Assembly (NCBI GenBank): GCA_964640635.1
Contig: CAZXFD010000001.1
Span: forward strand, 177,302-241,301
Direction of reading: 5' to 3'
Source of the DNA: an uncultured Gammaproteobacteria bacterium
GTDB lineage: Bacteria > Patescibacteriota > Patescibacteriia > UBA1558 > S5-K13
DNA length: 64,000 nucleotides
The notes beneath the pieces are model-generated. The model searched no databases and was not told the DNA's origin. It was given only the letters and a program-made list of their open reading frames with translations. Below, piece by piece: positions 37,920 through 47,875 of the stretch (positions are counted from its first letter, which is position 1; each line of letters starts with the position of its first letter). The translations under genes and the position numbers were made by a program.

Positions 37920-39214
37920 TGGAAAAAATTATAACAAAAATTTTAAAATTCTTTAGTAAGTTGGTTTTAAAGAAATATAAACCAGAGATTATTGCTATTA
38001 CCGGATCACTGGGTAAAACATCAGCAAAAGAAGCTATTTCTCAGATGCTAGGCAGTAAATATAGAATTTGGCAAACAAAAGGAAACTTTAATAATCAAAT
38101 AGGTGTTCCTTTTACAATTCTGGGAATTGATAAATCTCCAAAAAAATCTATTGTAGGTTGGATTATTGTGTTTATAAAATCTTTTATGCTTGTTATCAAA
38201 ACAGATAAAAATTATCCAAAGAAAATAGTGGTAGAAATGGGAGCAGATCATGTTGGAGATATAGAGTATCTAGTTGATTTTATAGATGTGAGTATTGGCG
38301 TGCTTACCAAAATAGCCAGTGTTCATTTGGAGTTTTTTAAGAGTATTGATAATATTTTGAAAGAAAAAACCAAAATATTCAAAAATATAAAAAAAGATGG
38401 CTGGGCAGTTATAAATATAGATGATGACAAATTAAGAGATTATAGACCACGCATTACTCATTGTAATGTAATGACCTATGGTATAGATATTGAAGCAGAT
38501 GTTTGGGCAACAGATTTACAGATTATAAGAAAAGAACATTTTGTGGGCATGAATTTCAAAATTAGGTATAAGGGCAATGTAATACCAATATTTTTGCCAC
38601 GTGCACTTGGTAAAACACAGGTTTATGCTTTTTTGGCAGGGGCATCTGTTGCGCTTATTCATGGAATAAATTTAGTAGAAATTTCAATTTTAGCAGATAA
38701 ATATTTTTCACCTCGTGGAAGGACAAATTTATTAAAAGCAATTAATAATTCCAATGTAATTGATGATACCTATAATTCATCTCCTCAAGCAGTAAAAATG
38801 GCCCTTAATTTATTATATGAAATAAAAGAAAAAGAAATCATAAAAGGGAAAATCACAGTTGTTTTAAGTGATATGCTTGAGATAGGTGCTTCCAGTGAGG
38901 ATCGTCATAGAGAAATAGGTAGATATATTGCAGAAAAAGGTCTTAATAGTATAAATTATTTACTCACAACGGGTAATATGGCAAAATATATTAAAGAATC
39001 AGCTATTTCTTCTGGATTTGATCAAAAATTTGCTATGTATTTTGAAAGCAAAAAAGAACTTACAGAATATTTAAAAACAATTATAGAAAATGATGACCTT
39101 ATCCTTGTAAAAGGATCTCGTGGAACAAAAATGGAGCGCGTTGTTTATGAAATAATGGCCGACAAACATTTAGCAGATAATTTATTGGTTTCTGACTGGA
39201 AAGATGCAATATAG
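37919..39214 (+). CDS. murF: UDP-MurNAc-tripeptide:D-Ala-D-Ala ligase
   Basis: ITGSLGKT, NNQIGVP, DDTYNSSP, VKGSR. Confidence 0.93.
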   Translation: MEKIITKILKFFSKLVLKKYKPEIIAITGSLGKTSAKEAISQMLGSKYRIWQTKGNFNNQIGVPFTILGIDKSPKKSIVGWIIVFIKSFMLVIKTDKNYPKKIVVEMGADHVGDIEYLVDFIDVSIGVLTKIASVHLEFFKSIDNILKEKTKIFKNIKKDGWAVINIDDDKLRDYRPRITHCNVMTYGIDIEADVWATDLQIIRKEHFVGMNFKIRYKGNVIPIFLPRALGKTQVYAFLAGASVALIHGINLVEISILADKYFSPRGRTNLLKAINNSNVIDDTYNSSPQAVKMALNLLYEIKEKEIIKGKITVVLSDMLEIGASSEDRHREIGRYIAEKGLNSINYLLTTGNMAKYIKESAISSGFDQKFAMYFESKKELTEYLKTIIENDDLILVKGSRGTKMERVVYEIMADKHLADNLLVSDWKDAI

Positions 39215-39346
39215 ATTATTTAAAACTTATTATTGATATTATTAAAATTGGTTTTGCCAGTTTTTTATTTTTAGTGTAATATTATATAGTGATTATATTA
39301 ATAATTAATTAAAATCTTAAACCTTAAAAGGAGTAAATAAAAAAAT

Positions 39347-40306
39347 ATGAAAAAGAAAATTTTGTTCGTCGTTGCGTTTTTGGTTTTTGCAGTTGTCATA
39401 TCAGGATGCTCTGTAAATCTCAAAAAAGCAAAAACTTTGAACCCAGAACAAGCTAAGACAAGAATTACTGAATTTATAAACAAGAACTTAATGAGTAATG
39501 GAGAGACTGTAGAAGTAAAAGATTTTGTATTGGAAAATGGTTTATACAAAATGTCAGTTGCCCTACCAAATAATCAAACAATAGATGCTTATATGACAAA
39601 AGATGGTAGCAAGTTTTTTCCACAAGTAATGGATTTGGCAAAAATTGAATCAGAAGCAGCTGGTGGAAGTACTGCTCAAGCACCTGTTGCAGAAGCTCCA
39701 AAAAGTGATAAACCAGTTGTAGAGGTTTTTGTTATGAGTCATTGTCCTTATGGAACTCAAATTGAAAAGGGTGTTATACCAGTTGCTGAAACACTAAAGA
39801 ATAAAATTGATTTTAGTATCAAATTTTGTGACTATGCAATGCACGGCGAAAAAGAATTGCAAGAACAATTGAAACAATATTGTATTTCAAAAGAACAGCC
39901 AGGAAAATATTTTGCATATCTTAAATGTTTCTTAAAGGCTGGGGACTCAGCTACATGTAGCAAAACAGCGGGTCTCGCATCAGTTGATTCATGTATTGCA
40001 AAATCAGATAAAGAGTTTTCTATCACAAAGAATTTCAATGATAAATCAACTTGGAAAGGTGATTATCCACCATTTTCCATTTTCGCAGCAGATAATACAA
40101 AATATGGAGTTCAAGGTTCCCCAACCCTTGTTATAAATGGTGCTCAAGTTGAGTCAGGTAGAGATTCGAAGAGTTTACTAGCAACTATCTGTACCGCTTT
40201 CAATAATGCTCCAGAAGAATGTTCTACAGAGTTATCAGGTGCTGCTCCATCAGCAGGATTTGGAGAAGGAACAACAAGTGGATCTACAGATGCTAGTTGT
40301 GAATAA
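39347..40306 (+). CDS. Lipoprotein with a thioredoxin/DsbA-like fold and many Cys
   Basis: Lipobox ISGC; FVMSHCPYG; GVQGSPTLVING. Confidence 0.8.
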   Translation: MKKKILFVVAFLVFAVVISGCSVNLKKAKTLNPEQAKTRITEFINKNLMSNGETVEVKDFVLENGLYKMSVALPNNQTIDAYMTKDGSKFFPQVMDLAKIESEAAGGSTAQAPVAEAPKSDKPVVEVFVMSHCPYGTQIEKGVIPVAETLKNKIDFSIKFCDYAMHGEKELQEQLKQYCISKEQPGKYFAYLKCFLKAGDSATCSKTAGLASVDSCIAKSDKEFSITKNFNDKSTWKGDYPPFSIFAADNTKYGVQGSPTLVINGAQVESGRDSKSLLATICTAFNNAPEECSTELSGAAPSAGFGEGTTSGSTDASCE

Positions 40307-40324
40307 TATTTATTGATTTTTTAT

Positions 40325-40354
40325 AAAAAGCCGTTCTTTATTGGGCGGTTTTTT
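40325..40354 (+). terminator. Intrinsic terminator
   Basis: GCCGTTC..GGGCGGT followed by T-run. Confidence 0.75.
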
Positions 40355-40423
40355 CTTTTACTTTATATGTGCTAAAATTTAAATAGGATTAGTATGTTCT
40401 AACCCTACTAACCAACTAATTTA

Positions 40424-40439
40424 CCCCGCCATGGCGGGG
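40424..40439. repeat. GC palindrome
   Basis: CCCCGCC-AT-GGCGGGG followed by CAAGCTAA. Confidence 0.85.
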
Positions 40440-40451
40440 CAAGCTAACCAT

Positions 40452-40586
40452 ATGAACGTACAAAAAGAAGGAGAAAAGTATTATTGTGAAATTTGTGGAA
40501 ATGAAGTAACTGTAACAAAAGCTGGTGGAGGAGAGCTTATTTGTTGCGGAAAGCCCATGGAATTATTGAAGGAAGTGACTGAATAG
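40452..40586 (+). CDS. Desulforedoxin (desulfoferrodoxin N-terminal Fe(Cys)4 domain), 44 aa, absent from the ORF track
   Basis: Translated by hand: [44 protein letters not shown]. Confidence 0.9.
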   Translation: MNVQKEGEKYYCEICGNEVTVTKAGGGELICCGKPMELLKEVTE

Positions 40587-40605
40587 AATTTAGTTGTTAG
40601 TGTTT

Positions 40606-40635
40606 TCCGCCAGAGGCGGATCAGCCTTCGGCTGA
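40606..40635. repeat. Double GC palindrome
   Basis: TCCGCC-AGA-GGCGGA directly followed by TCAGCC-TTC-GGCTGA. Confidence 0.85.
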
Positions 40636-40644
40636 AGAATTTAG

Positions 40645-40678
40645 AAAAAGAGTTGTTTTAAACGGCAACTCTTTTTTT
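40645..40678 (+). terminator. Intrinsic terminator
   Basis: AAAAAGAGTTG..CAACTCTTTTTTT. Confidence 0.75.
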
Positions 40679-40687
40679 CTTAATTTT

Positions 40688-40708
40688 TCTCGCGAAGCGG
40701 GATCCTGC
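40688..40708. repeat. GC palindrome
   Basis: TCTCGC-GAA-GCGGGA-TCCTGC. Confidence 0.65.
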
Positions 40709-40795
40709 AATAATTATAAAATATATGGAGACGTGGCCAGTTTCCTAATTTTCTAACCCTACTAACTTTCTAACCTCACTAACCCTCTAACCTCC

Positions 40796-40823
40796 TTGAC
40801 ACTATTTATTATTTTGCTATACT
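40796..40823 (+). promoter_or_regulatory. sigma70 promoter of the hrcA operon
   Basis: TTGACA-16-TATACT with TG extension. Confidence 0.8.
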
Positions 40824-40827
40824 AAAT

Positions 40828-40854
40828 TTAGCACTCGTCTCTTATGAGTGCTAA
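40828..40854. promoter_or_regulatory. CIRCE operator (HrcA site)
   Basis: Perfect TTAGCACTC-N9-GAGTGCTAA. Confidence 0.96.
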
Positions 40855-40867
40855 GATACAAAAAAGT

Positions 40868-41557
40868 ATGGAATTAAAAGACAAAGAATTACTTTTCAAA
40901 ATAATAGAAGAATATATTAGCTCTGCAAATCCTATTGGCTCTGCTTTTTTGGTTAAGAAAAAGAAAATGGATTGTTGCCCTGCAACAGTAAGAAATTCCA
41001 TGATGGACTTGGAAAAATTAGGATATTTGTATCAGCCTCATACATCAGCAGGAAGAATCCCAACCGAAAATGCTTATAAGCTTTATACACAAGAGCTAAA
41101 CAAAGACGAGAAGTTAAATTCAAAAATAGAAAAAAAGATAGAAAGCTTTTTAAACGAATTAAAAATAAAAGATAGAGTTACAAAATCAAAGGTTCTTGCA
41201 AAGATTATTGCAGAGGTAGCAAAGAATTCAGTTTTATTAGCTTTTTCAAAACACAATTATTATATTACTGGTTTTTCAAATATTTTGTCTCAAGTTGAGT
41301 TTGAAGATCCAGAAAAGTTAAGAGATTTAAGTCTTGTTTTTGATGAGCTTGAAAATATAGTTGAAAGAATGTTTAAGGGCGTTTCTGATAATGACGTTTT
41401 AATTGGCTCTGAGAATGAATTTTCTAAACATTTGTCTGTAATTGCGTCTCGAGCAAATTTAGTTCAAAATGAGGGCTTTTTGGCGATTCTAGGGCCTATG
41501 AGAATGAACTACAAGCAAAATTTAGGATTAATCAACTACTTTAAAAAAGCTTTATAA
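40868..41557 (+). CDS. hrcA: Heat-inducible repressor HrcA (short form)
   Basis: PIGS, PATVRN.M.DLE..GYL.QPHTSAGRIPT, LGPMRMNY; the ORF-track ATG lies inside CIRCE so start moved to 40868. Confidence 0.93.
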   Translation: MELKDKELLFKIIEEYISSANPIGSAFLVKKKKMDCCPATVRNSMMDLEKLGYLYQPHTSAGRIPTENAYKLYTQELNKDEKLNSKIEKKIESFLNELKIKDRVTKSKVLAKIIAEVAKNSVLLAFSKHNYYITGFSNILSQVEFEDPEKLRDLSLVFDELENIVERMFKGVSDNDVLIGSENEFSKHLSVIASRANLVQNEGFLAILGPMRMNYKQNLGLINYFKKAL

Positions 41558-41584
41558 TTTTATAAACAATTTAATATAAAAATA

Positions 41585-42133
41585 ATGACAGAAGAAAAAG
41601 ATATACAAGAAGAAGATACTCAAGTAGAAGAGGCCGAAGAAGAAACATTAGACAAAGAATTCGGAGATGAAGTATTTTGCGCTAACTGTAAAAAATTAAA
41701 GGCACAATCAGATGAATATTTAAATAATTGGAAAAGATCCCAAGCTGATTATGAAAATTTGAAAAAACAAACAGAAAAAAGAATAAAAGATATTATAGAA
41801 TTTGGTAATGCTGAAATGATATTGGAATTTTTACCACTTTACAATTATTATTCTGTTGCGCTAAATCACATTCCTGAAAGTAGTAAAAAAGAATCTTGGT
41901 TTGAGGGTCTAAGTCATATTGACACTCTTTGGCAAGGATTTTTTGAAAAGTTTGGTATAAAGAAAATAAGCACAGTAGGAAATCAATTTGATCACAATAT
42001 TCATGACGCTGTTGATTTTGAAAGTGATAAGGATAAAAAAGATCATGAAGTGCTCAAGGAATTGCAAGCGGGTTATGAGCTTTCGGGGAAAGTAATCCAA
42101 CCAGCAAAAGTAATTGTTAATAAACTAGATTAA
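41585..42133 (+). CDS. grpE: Nucleotide exchange factor GrpE
   Basis: RSQADYEN.KK, FDHNIHDA, GY.L.GKVIQPAKV. Confidence 0.95.
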   Translation: MTEEKDIQEEDTQVEEAEEETLDKEFGDEVFCANCKKLKAQSDEYLNNWKRSQADYENLKKQTEKRIKDIIEFGNAEMILEFLPLYNYYSVALNHIPESSKKESWFEGLSHIDTLWQGFFEKFGIKKISTVGNQFDHNIHDAVDFESDKDKKDHEVLKELQAGYELSGKVIQPAKVIVNKLD

Positions 42134-42142
42134 TATAATTAA

Positions 42143-42188
42143 CCCCGCCTTTGGCCCGCTTCGCAGTAGCGACAGCGAGGCAAGTCGG
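42143..42188. repeat. Composite (nested) GC palindromic element
   Basis: CCCCGCCTTTGG[CCCGCTTCGCAGTAGCGACAGCGAGGCAAGT]CGG. Confidence 0.6.
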
Positions 42189-42206
42189 AAAAAGGAGATC
42201 AAAATT

Positions 42207-42617
42207 ATGAAATTAGTAAGATGGAATCCTTTTCTTGATGAGGGTGGTGACTGGGGAATGCTAAGTCCTTTTACAGGGGCAAATGCATTTGTGCCATCAC
42301 TTGATATTTATCAAGACAAAGACAACGTTATTGCAAAGGCAGCTTTGCCTGGAATTGACCCAGAAAATGTCAATATTTCTATTGAAAATGATATTTTGAC
42401 AATTGAAGGAACAATGAAAAAAGAATCAGAAGTTGATGAAAAAGATTATTACAGAAAAGAAATAAGTTCAGGATCATTTCACAGAAGTATGATTTTGCCA
42501 ACTAGCGTAAATGGTGATAAGGCAAAAGCAGAGTTTGCAAATGGAATACTAGAGATAACAATGCCAAAGAAAGAAGAAGTAAAACCAAAAACAGTTAAAA
42601 TTGAAATTAAGAAATAA
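42207..42617 (+). CDS. Hsp20/alpha-crystallin small heat shock protein
   Basis: PSLDIYQ, LPGID, GSFHRS..LP, NGILEI..PK. Confidence 0.95.
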   Translation: MKLVRWNPFLDEGGDWGMLSPFTGANAFVPSLDIYQDKDNVIAKAALPGIDPENVNISIENDILTIEGTMKKESEVDEKDYYRKEISSGSFHRSMILPTSVNGDKAKAEFANGILEITMPKKEEVKPKTVKIEIKK

Positions 42618-42624
42618 ACAAACC

Positions 42625-42656
42625 CGACCTCGTAGGTCCAAGGACCTTCGAGGTCG
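42625..42656. repeat. REP-like long palindrome
   Basis: CGACCTCG-T-AGGTCC-AA-GGACCT-T-CGAGGTCG. Confidence 0.75.
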
Positions 42657-42671
42657 TAAAGCTAAAACAAA

Positions 42672-42998
42672 ATGGACGGATCACTGATTTTCCCAAAAAA
42701 AATATTACAAAAATGCCCTGTCTGCGACGCAGATTATGATGCAAAAAAAGTGCAACTTTTAGATGCACAGGATTTGGATATATTATCTTATTTTAAGTGT
42801 GATAATTGCAAAAGTGGAATAGCTCTAAAGATTATGATTATGCCTCATGGCGTAGTAGGTCAGGCTATTGTCACGGATTTAGAACCGAGTGAAATATTAA
42901 ATTTCAAAAGCAAAAAGATACTAGTCAATAGCACAGATGTGTTGTATGTATATGATTTTTTTAAGAAAAAGAAGGATTTATTACGTGAAATTAAATAA
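42672..42998 (+). CDS. Zinc-ribbon hypothetical protein
   Basis: CPVC...CDNC; 'VTDL...E'. Confidence 0.75.
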   Translation: MDGSLIFPKKILQKCPVCDADYDAKKVQLLDAQDLDILSYFKCDNCKSGIALKIMIMPHGVVGQAIVTDLEPSEILNFKSKKILVNSTDVLYVYDFFKKKKDLLREIK

Positions 42999-43008
42999 TT
43001 TAAAAATA

Positions 43009-43494
43009 ATGAAGAAAGATATTTATATAAAATTGATTGAATTTGGAAGAAAGAATTATTCGGGATTCAATTATGAAGATTTAAATAAATCTCAAGAATT
43101 AGATGATGATATTAAAGAAGTGGGGAATATTATGTTAAAAAATGCTTACAGTAATACATTTAAATCTATACATGGCGGTTATTCTAATTTAGAAACTATG
43201 TTTCTTGTTAAATCAAATAATGGCGGTTATATTGAAAATTATATTGATCCAAAAATTAAATATGTACTAAATTTAGATGCTGATTTTAAATATATAGATT
43301 ATCAAGAATTGAAACATGCAAGAAGAATGTCTAGAGAAGCAAAGAAAACTTCTGAGAAGTCTATAAAAATAGCTATTATTGCAATGATGTTATCTGTAAT
43401 TATTCCTATAATAGTTGCGCTTTTGTTTACACAAACCATAAAGGTAAACAGAAATCAGTTTAATGAAATAAAAACATTGATAAACAATAAATAA
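43009..43494 (+). CDS. Hypothetical protein with a C-terminal TM helix
   Basis: Open frame, C-terminal hydrophobic helix; likely start 43009. Confidence 0.7.
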   Translation: MKKDIYIKLIEFGRKNYSGFNYEDLNKSQELDDDIKEVGNIMLKNAYSNTFKSIHGGYSNLETMFLVKSNNGGYIENYIDPKIKYVLNLDADFKYIDYQELKHARRMSREAKKTSEKSIKIAIIAMMLSVIIPIIVALLFTQTIKVNRNQFNEIKTLINNK

Positions 43495-43512
43495 TATAAT
43501 TTATAAAAGTAT

Positions 43513-44355
43513 ATGCCAAACAAAGAATTTTTAGAAGAATATCCTCTTTATAAAAGTTTTGAAACAGGAATCGTTCACGATAAAAGATACACTAGTGATA
43601 TTATAGATTTTACTAAAATTCCAAAACCAGCAATTCATATGTATTGCTCAACTTGTGGTTCTGGACAGACGTTTAATATGATAAATGATTATCATGAAAA
43701 TGAAAGTAATCAGGGCGTTATTGTTTTTGATAAGGTTGTTAGAGCGCTATATCTATGTTCGGCATGTGAGGATAACAAAAGATTTTTTATTATAAGATTT
43801 TTGTCAGAAAAGGTGAATGATTATCAATATAAAGTTATTGTTATGAAGGTTGGACAATATCCAGCGTGGGAAATTAAGATGAATAAAAATTTAAAGAAAA
43901 CTTTAGGAGAGCACTCTGGTTATTATAATAAGGGATTAATATGTGAATCTCAGAATTATGGCATAGGTGCTTATGCTTATTTTAGAAGAATAACAGAAGA
44001 TATAATTGATGAATTATTAGAATCAATACATGGTTTAATTGATGGAGAAGAGAAACAAGAAGAATATAAAAAAGCATTAGAGAATATACGCCAAGAAAAA
44101 AGAACATCTGAAAAAATTGATGTTGTAAAAGACTTATTACCAAATAGTTTAATAATAGATGGTATTAATCCATTAAAAGTTTTGCACGACGCTTTAAGTG
44201 TTGGACTGCATGGTAAAACAGACGAGGATTGTATGGAGCTTTCAGTAACTATTAGAGATAGTTTAGTTTATTTAATCAATCAAATTCTATCAAATAAACA
44301 AGGAAAAGAGCAATATAAAAAAAGCTTAGCTAAGCTTTCTAAAAAAATTAAATAA
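43513..44355 (+). CDS. Zn-ribbon plus DUF4145/HEPN-like protein
   Basis: CSTC/CSAC; 'GIGAYAYFRRITE'; 'LSVGLH'. Confidence 0.55.
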   Translation: MPNKEFLEEYPLYKSFETGIVHDKRYTSDIIDFTKIPKPAIHMYCSTCGSGQTFNMINDYHENESNQGVIVFDKVVRALYLCSACEDNKRFFIIRFLSEKVNDYQYKVIVMKVGQYPAWEIKMNKNLKKTLGEHSGYYNKGLICESQNYGIGAYAYFRRITEDIIDELLESIHGLIDGEEKQEEYKKALENIRQEKRTSEKIDVVKDLLPNSLIIDGINPLKVLHDALSVGLHGKTDEDCMELSVTIRDSLVYLINQILSNKQGKEQYKKSLAKLSKKIK

Positions 44356-44390
44356 TTTAAATATAAATTAAAATAATAATTCAGAAAGGA

Positions 44391-44410
44391 ACCCACGCCT
44401 GTGGCGGGGT
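44391..44410. repeat. GC palindrome between the SD-like motif and the dnaK start
   Basis: ACCCACGCC-TGT-GGCGGGGT. Confidence 0.75.
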
Positions 44411-44420
44411 AAATAAAATT

Positions 44421-46352
44421 ATGAGCAAAATATTAGGAATTGACTTAGGAACAACAAACAGTGCAATGAGTATTATTGAGGGTGGAAAGCCAGTTATCTT
44501 GGAAAACAAAGAAGGCGCAAGAACTACTCCATCAATAATCGCAGTTGCAAAATCAGGTGAACGTCTTGTAGGACTTCTTGCAAAACGTCAAGCAGTTATT
44601 AACCCTGACAACACTTTATTTTCTATCAAACGTCTTATTGGTAGAAGATTTGATGACAAAGAAGTTCAAAGCGATATTAAGACATTGCCTTATAAAATCA
44701 AACAAGCTGGTGAGGGTGTAAAAATTACTCTTGGAGACAAGGATTATTCACCTCAGGAAATCTCAGCAATGATTTTACAAAAATTAAAAGCAGATGCAGA
44801 AGAAAAACTAGGTGAAAAGATAGAAGAAGCTGTTATTACGGTTCCAGCATACTTTGATGACGCACAACGTCAAGCAACAAAAGATGCAGGAGAAATCGCA
44901 GGACTAAAGGTCCGAAGAATTATCAATGAACCTACTGCAGCAGCTTTTGCATATGGTTTTGACAAGAACAAAGACCAAAAAATCGTTGTATACGATTTAG
45001 GCGGTGGAACATTTGATATTTCAGTACTTGATATTGGTTATGACGCAGAAACAAAGCAATCTACCGTAGAAGTAAAGTCCACTAATGGTGATACTCACTT
45101 AGGTGGAGATGACTTTGACCAAAAGATTATTCACTTTATTATTGATGAATTCAAAAAAGACCAAGGAATTGATCTTGCAAATGACAAAACCGCTTTACAA
45201 CGCTTGAAGGAGTCTGCAGAAAAGGCAAAGATAGAGCTTTCTACTTCAATGGAAACTGAAATTAATCAACCATTTATTACAACAGACGCTAGTGGTCCAA
45301 AGCACTTGGTCATGAAAATGACAAGAGCAAAATTAGAAGAACTTGTTGGAGAATTAGTTGATAAAACAATGATTCCTTGCCAAAAGGCATTAGACGATGC
45401 AGGACTTAAAAAAGAAGATATAAATGAAGTAGTGCTTGTCGGTGGTATGACTCGTATGCCATATGTCCAAAAGAAGGTAGAAGAATTCTTTGGTAAAAAG
45501 CCAAATATTACAGTAAATCCAGATGAAGTTGTAGCAATGGGTGCAGCAATTCAAGCAGGACAATTTGAAGGGTCTATGGGTAGTAAAGAAGTATTGCTTC
45601 TTGATATCACTCCACTTACTCTTGGAATTGAAACTCTTGGGGGTGTTATGACTCCACTTATTGAAAAAAATACAACTATCCCTACAGCAAAGAGCCAAAT
45701 TTTCTCAACCGCAGCAGATAGTCAGACTTCTGTAGAAATTCATATTCTTCAAGGTGAAAGACAATTAGCGCAGGATAATAAGACACTTGGCAGATTTATC
45801 TTATCAGGTATTCCACCAGCACCTCGTGGTATTCCTCAAGTTGAAGTTAGCTTTGATATTGATGCAAACGGAATTTTGAATGTAAAAGCAGTAGACAAGG
45901 CAACAGGAACTGAGCAGAAAATTACCATCACAGCATCAAGTGGTCTTTCAAAAGAAGAAATAGAAAAAATGAAGCAAGAAGCAGAAGCTCATGCTGAAGA
46001 AGATAAGAAAAAGAAAGAAGAAATAGAAGTAAACAATAATGCAGAAAGTATCATTTATAATACTGAAAAAATGCTAAAAGACGCTAGCGGAAAAGTTGGT
46101 GCTGACGTAATTACAAAAGTAGAAGACAAACTTAAGGAATTAAAAGATGCAAAAACTGCAAACAATGTTGAAGATATGAAAAAGAAAATGGAAGAAATGA
46201 ATGAAGTTGTTCAAGAAATTGGAAAAGCAATGTATGCTCAGCAACAACAGGCTCAACCAAATGGAGATGCGCAAGCAAACCCAGAAACTTCAGAAGAGCC
46301 AAAAAAAGACGAGCCAGTTGAAGCAGAATTTGAAGATGTTAAAAAGGAATAA
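44421..46352 (+). CDS. dnaK: Chaperone DnaK
   Basis: [35 protein letters not shown]. Confidence 0.99.
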   Translation: MSKILGIDLGTTNSAMSIIEGGKPVILENKEGARTTPSIIAVAKSGERLVGLLAKRQAVINPDNTLFSIKRLIGRRFDDKEVQSDIKTLPYKIKQAGEGVKITLGDKDYSPQEISAMILQKLKADAEEKLGEKIEEAVITVPAYFDDAQRQATKDAGEIAGLKVRRIINEPTAAAFAYGFDKNKDQKIVVYDLGGGTFDISVLDIGYDAETKQSTVEVKSTNGDTHLGGDDFDQKIIHFIIDEFKKDQGIDLANDKTALQRLKESAEKAKIELSTSMETEINQPFITTDASGPKHLVMKMTRAKLEELVGELVDKTMIPCQKALDDAGLKKEDINEVVLVGGMTRMPYVQKKVEEFFGKKPNITVNPDEVVAMGAAIQAGQFEGSMGSKEVLLLDITPLTLGIETLGGVMTPLIEKNTTIPTAKSQIFSTAADSQTSVEIHILQGERQLAQDNKTLGRFILSGIPPAPRGIPQVEVSFDIDANGILNVKAVDKATGTEQKITITASSGLSKEEIEKMKQEAEAHAEEDKKKKEEIEVNNNAESIIYNTEKMLKDASGKVGADVITKVEDKLKELKDAKTANNVEDMKKKMEEMNEVVQEIGKAMYAQQQQAQPNGDAQANPETSEEPKKDEPVEAEFEDVKKE

Positions 46353-46440
46353 GTTAAAAGTCAAAAAGTCATAAAGTTAAAAAGCAATAACCAAAACTTT
46401 ATAACTTTATGACTTAGTACTTTATAAACTTTATAACTAA
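46352..46440. repeat. Inverted 7-9-mer tract
   Basis: AAAGT(T/C)-type units then ACTTT-type units. Confidence 0.75.
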
Positions 46441-46444
46441 ATCT

Positions 46445-46741
46445 ATGACAGAACAAAATCAACAAGTGGAATTAAAAATCTCAGACAATATTCCTGGTGG
46501 TGAATATGCAAATGCAATGCAAATTTCTCATAATCAAGATGAATTTCATATGATATTTATGAATTTATTGCCACCTACTGGAAAAGTAGTATCAAAGGTT
46601 ATTACAAGTCCAGGACATATGAAAAGAATCATCGGTGCTATGCAAGAAAATCTCAAAAAATATGAAGATCAATTTGGGGAGATAAAAGAATCTTCAAGCC
46701 CAGAAAAAACAATCGGTTTTGCAGATAGAAAAGAATCTTAA
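46445..46741 (+). CDS. DUF3467 domain protein
   Basis: GEYAN..ISH..EF, SPGHMKR..L..YE..FGEI. Confidence 0.85.
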   Translation: MTEQNQQVELKISDNIPGGEYANAMQISHNQDEFHMIFMNLLPPTGKVVSKVITSPGHMKRIIGAMQENLKKYEDQFGEIKESSSPEKTIGFADRKES

Positions 46742-46786
46742 ATCAAAATCGCTAAATACTAAAAACTAAACTCTAAACACTAATAA

Positions 46787-47875
46787 ATGTCCAAAGACTA
46801 CTATAAAACCCTGGGTCTTGATAAAAATGCCACAGAGGATCAAATAAAAAAAGCCTTTAGAAAACTTGCCCACGAACATCATCCAGATAAAGCAAATGGA
46901 AAAGATGAAAAATTCAAAGAAATAAACGAAGCTTATCAAGTTTTAGGCAACAAAGACAAAAGAGCTAAGTATGACCAATTTGGTAGTGCTGATTTTGGTT
47001 CTGGCTCAGGATTTGGTGGAGGAGGCTATAGTGGAAACTGGCAAGATTTTTCTGGAGGGTTTAGTGGTGGAAATTCAGATTTTGGATTCGGTGATTTAGG
47101 TGATATTTTTGGGGATATTTTTGGTGCAGGCGGACGAACTACAAAAAAAGGGTCAAGTAGAGGACGAGATGTTGAAATATCTATTGAAATATCATTTGAA
47201 GAAGCGGTTTTTGGGGTAGAAAAAATAGTAAATCTTAAGAAAAATGTTCAATGTGAAAAATGTAATGGTGCCGGTGGTCATGGAAGCAAAACTTGCTCAA
47301 GGTGTAATGGTACAGGACGTATTCATATTCAACAAAATACTATTTTTGGATCTTTTGCTTCAGCGGCACAATGCCCAGAGTGTGATGGTTCAGGGCAGTT
47401 ATTGAAAGAAGTCTGTGGTCATTGTAGTGGCAATGGTTACTATAGTGGTAGTGAAGAAATCAAAATAAAAATTCCAGCAGGAATTGACAATGGTCAATCA
47501 CTCAGACTTCAAGGAAAAGGTGAGCCAGGTAAAAAATCAAAATCAGTGGGGGATTTGTATGTAAGAATAAAAGCACAACCTAGTCGTGAGTTTCAAAGGG
47601 ATGGGTATGATATAAAAAGTTCTGTAAAAGTAAAATATTCCCAACTTATTTTGGGAGATAAAATAAATGTAAAAACACTAGATGGAGATGTGAAGCTCAA
47701 AATTCCTAGCTCTACATCGAGTGGAAAAGTTTTTATATTAAAAGATAAAGGCGTACCAAAATTAAATAGTCGTGGTCGTGGAGATCACTTTGTAAAGGTT
47801 ATATTAGATATGCCAAGTTCTTTAAGTCATGAACAAAAAAAGTTAATAGATGAATTAGCAAAGAGAGGGTTGTAG
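46787..47875 (+). CDS. dnaJ: Chaperone DnaJ
   Basis: HPD J domain, G/F region, four CxxCxGxG repeats. Confidence 0.98.
   Translation: MSKDYYKTLGLDKNATEDQIKKAFRKLAHEHHPDKANGKDEKFKEINEAYQVLGNKDKRAKYDQFGSADFGSGSGFGGGGYSGNWQDFSGGFSGGNSDFGFGDLGDIFGDIFGAGGRTTKKGSSRGRDVEISIEISFEEAVFGVEKIVNLKKNVQCEKCNGAGGHGSKTCSRCNGTGRIHIQQNTIFGSFASAAQCPECDGSGQLLKEVCGHCSGNGYYSGSEEIKIKIPAGIDNGQSLRLQGKGEPGKKSKSVGDLYVRIKAQPSREFQRDGYDIKSSVKVKYSQLILGDKINVKTLDGDVKLKIPSSTSSGKVFILKDKGVPKLNSRGRGDHFVKVILDMPSSLSHEQKKLIDELAKRGL

Noticed and set aside
40844-40867. ORF-track start of hrcA
   Set aside because: That ATG lies inside the CIRCE operator; 40868 fits the usual HrcA N-terminus.
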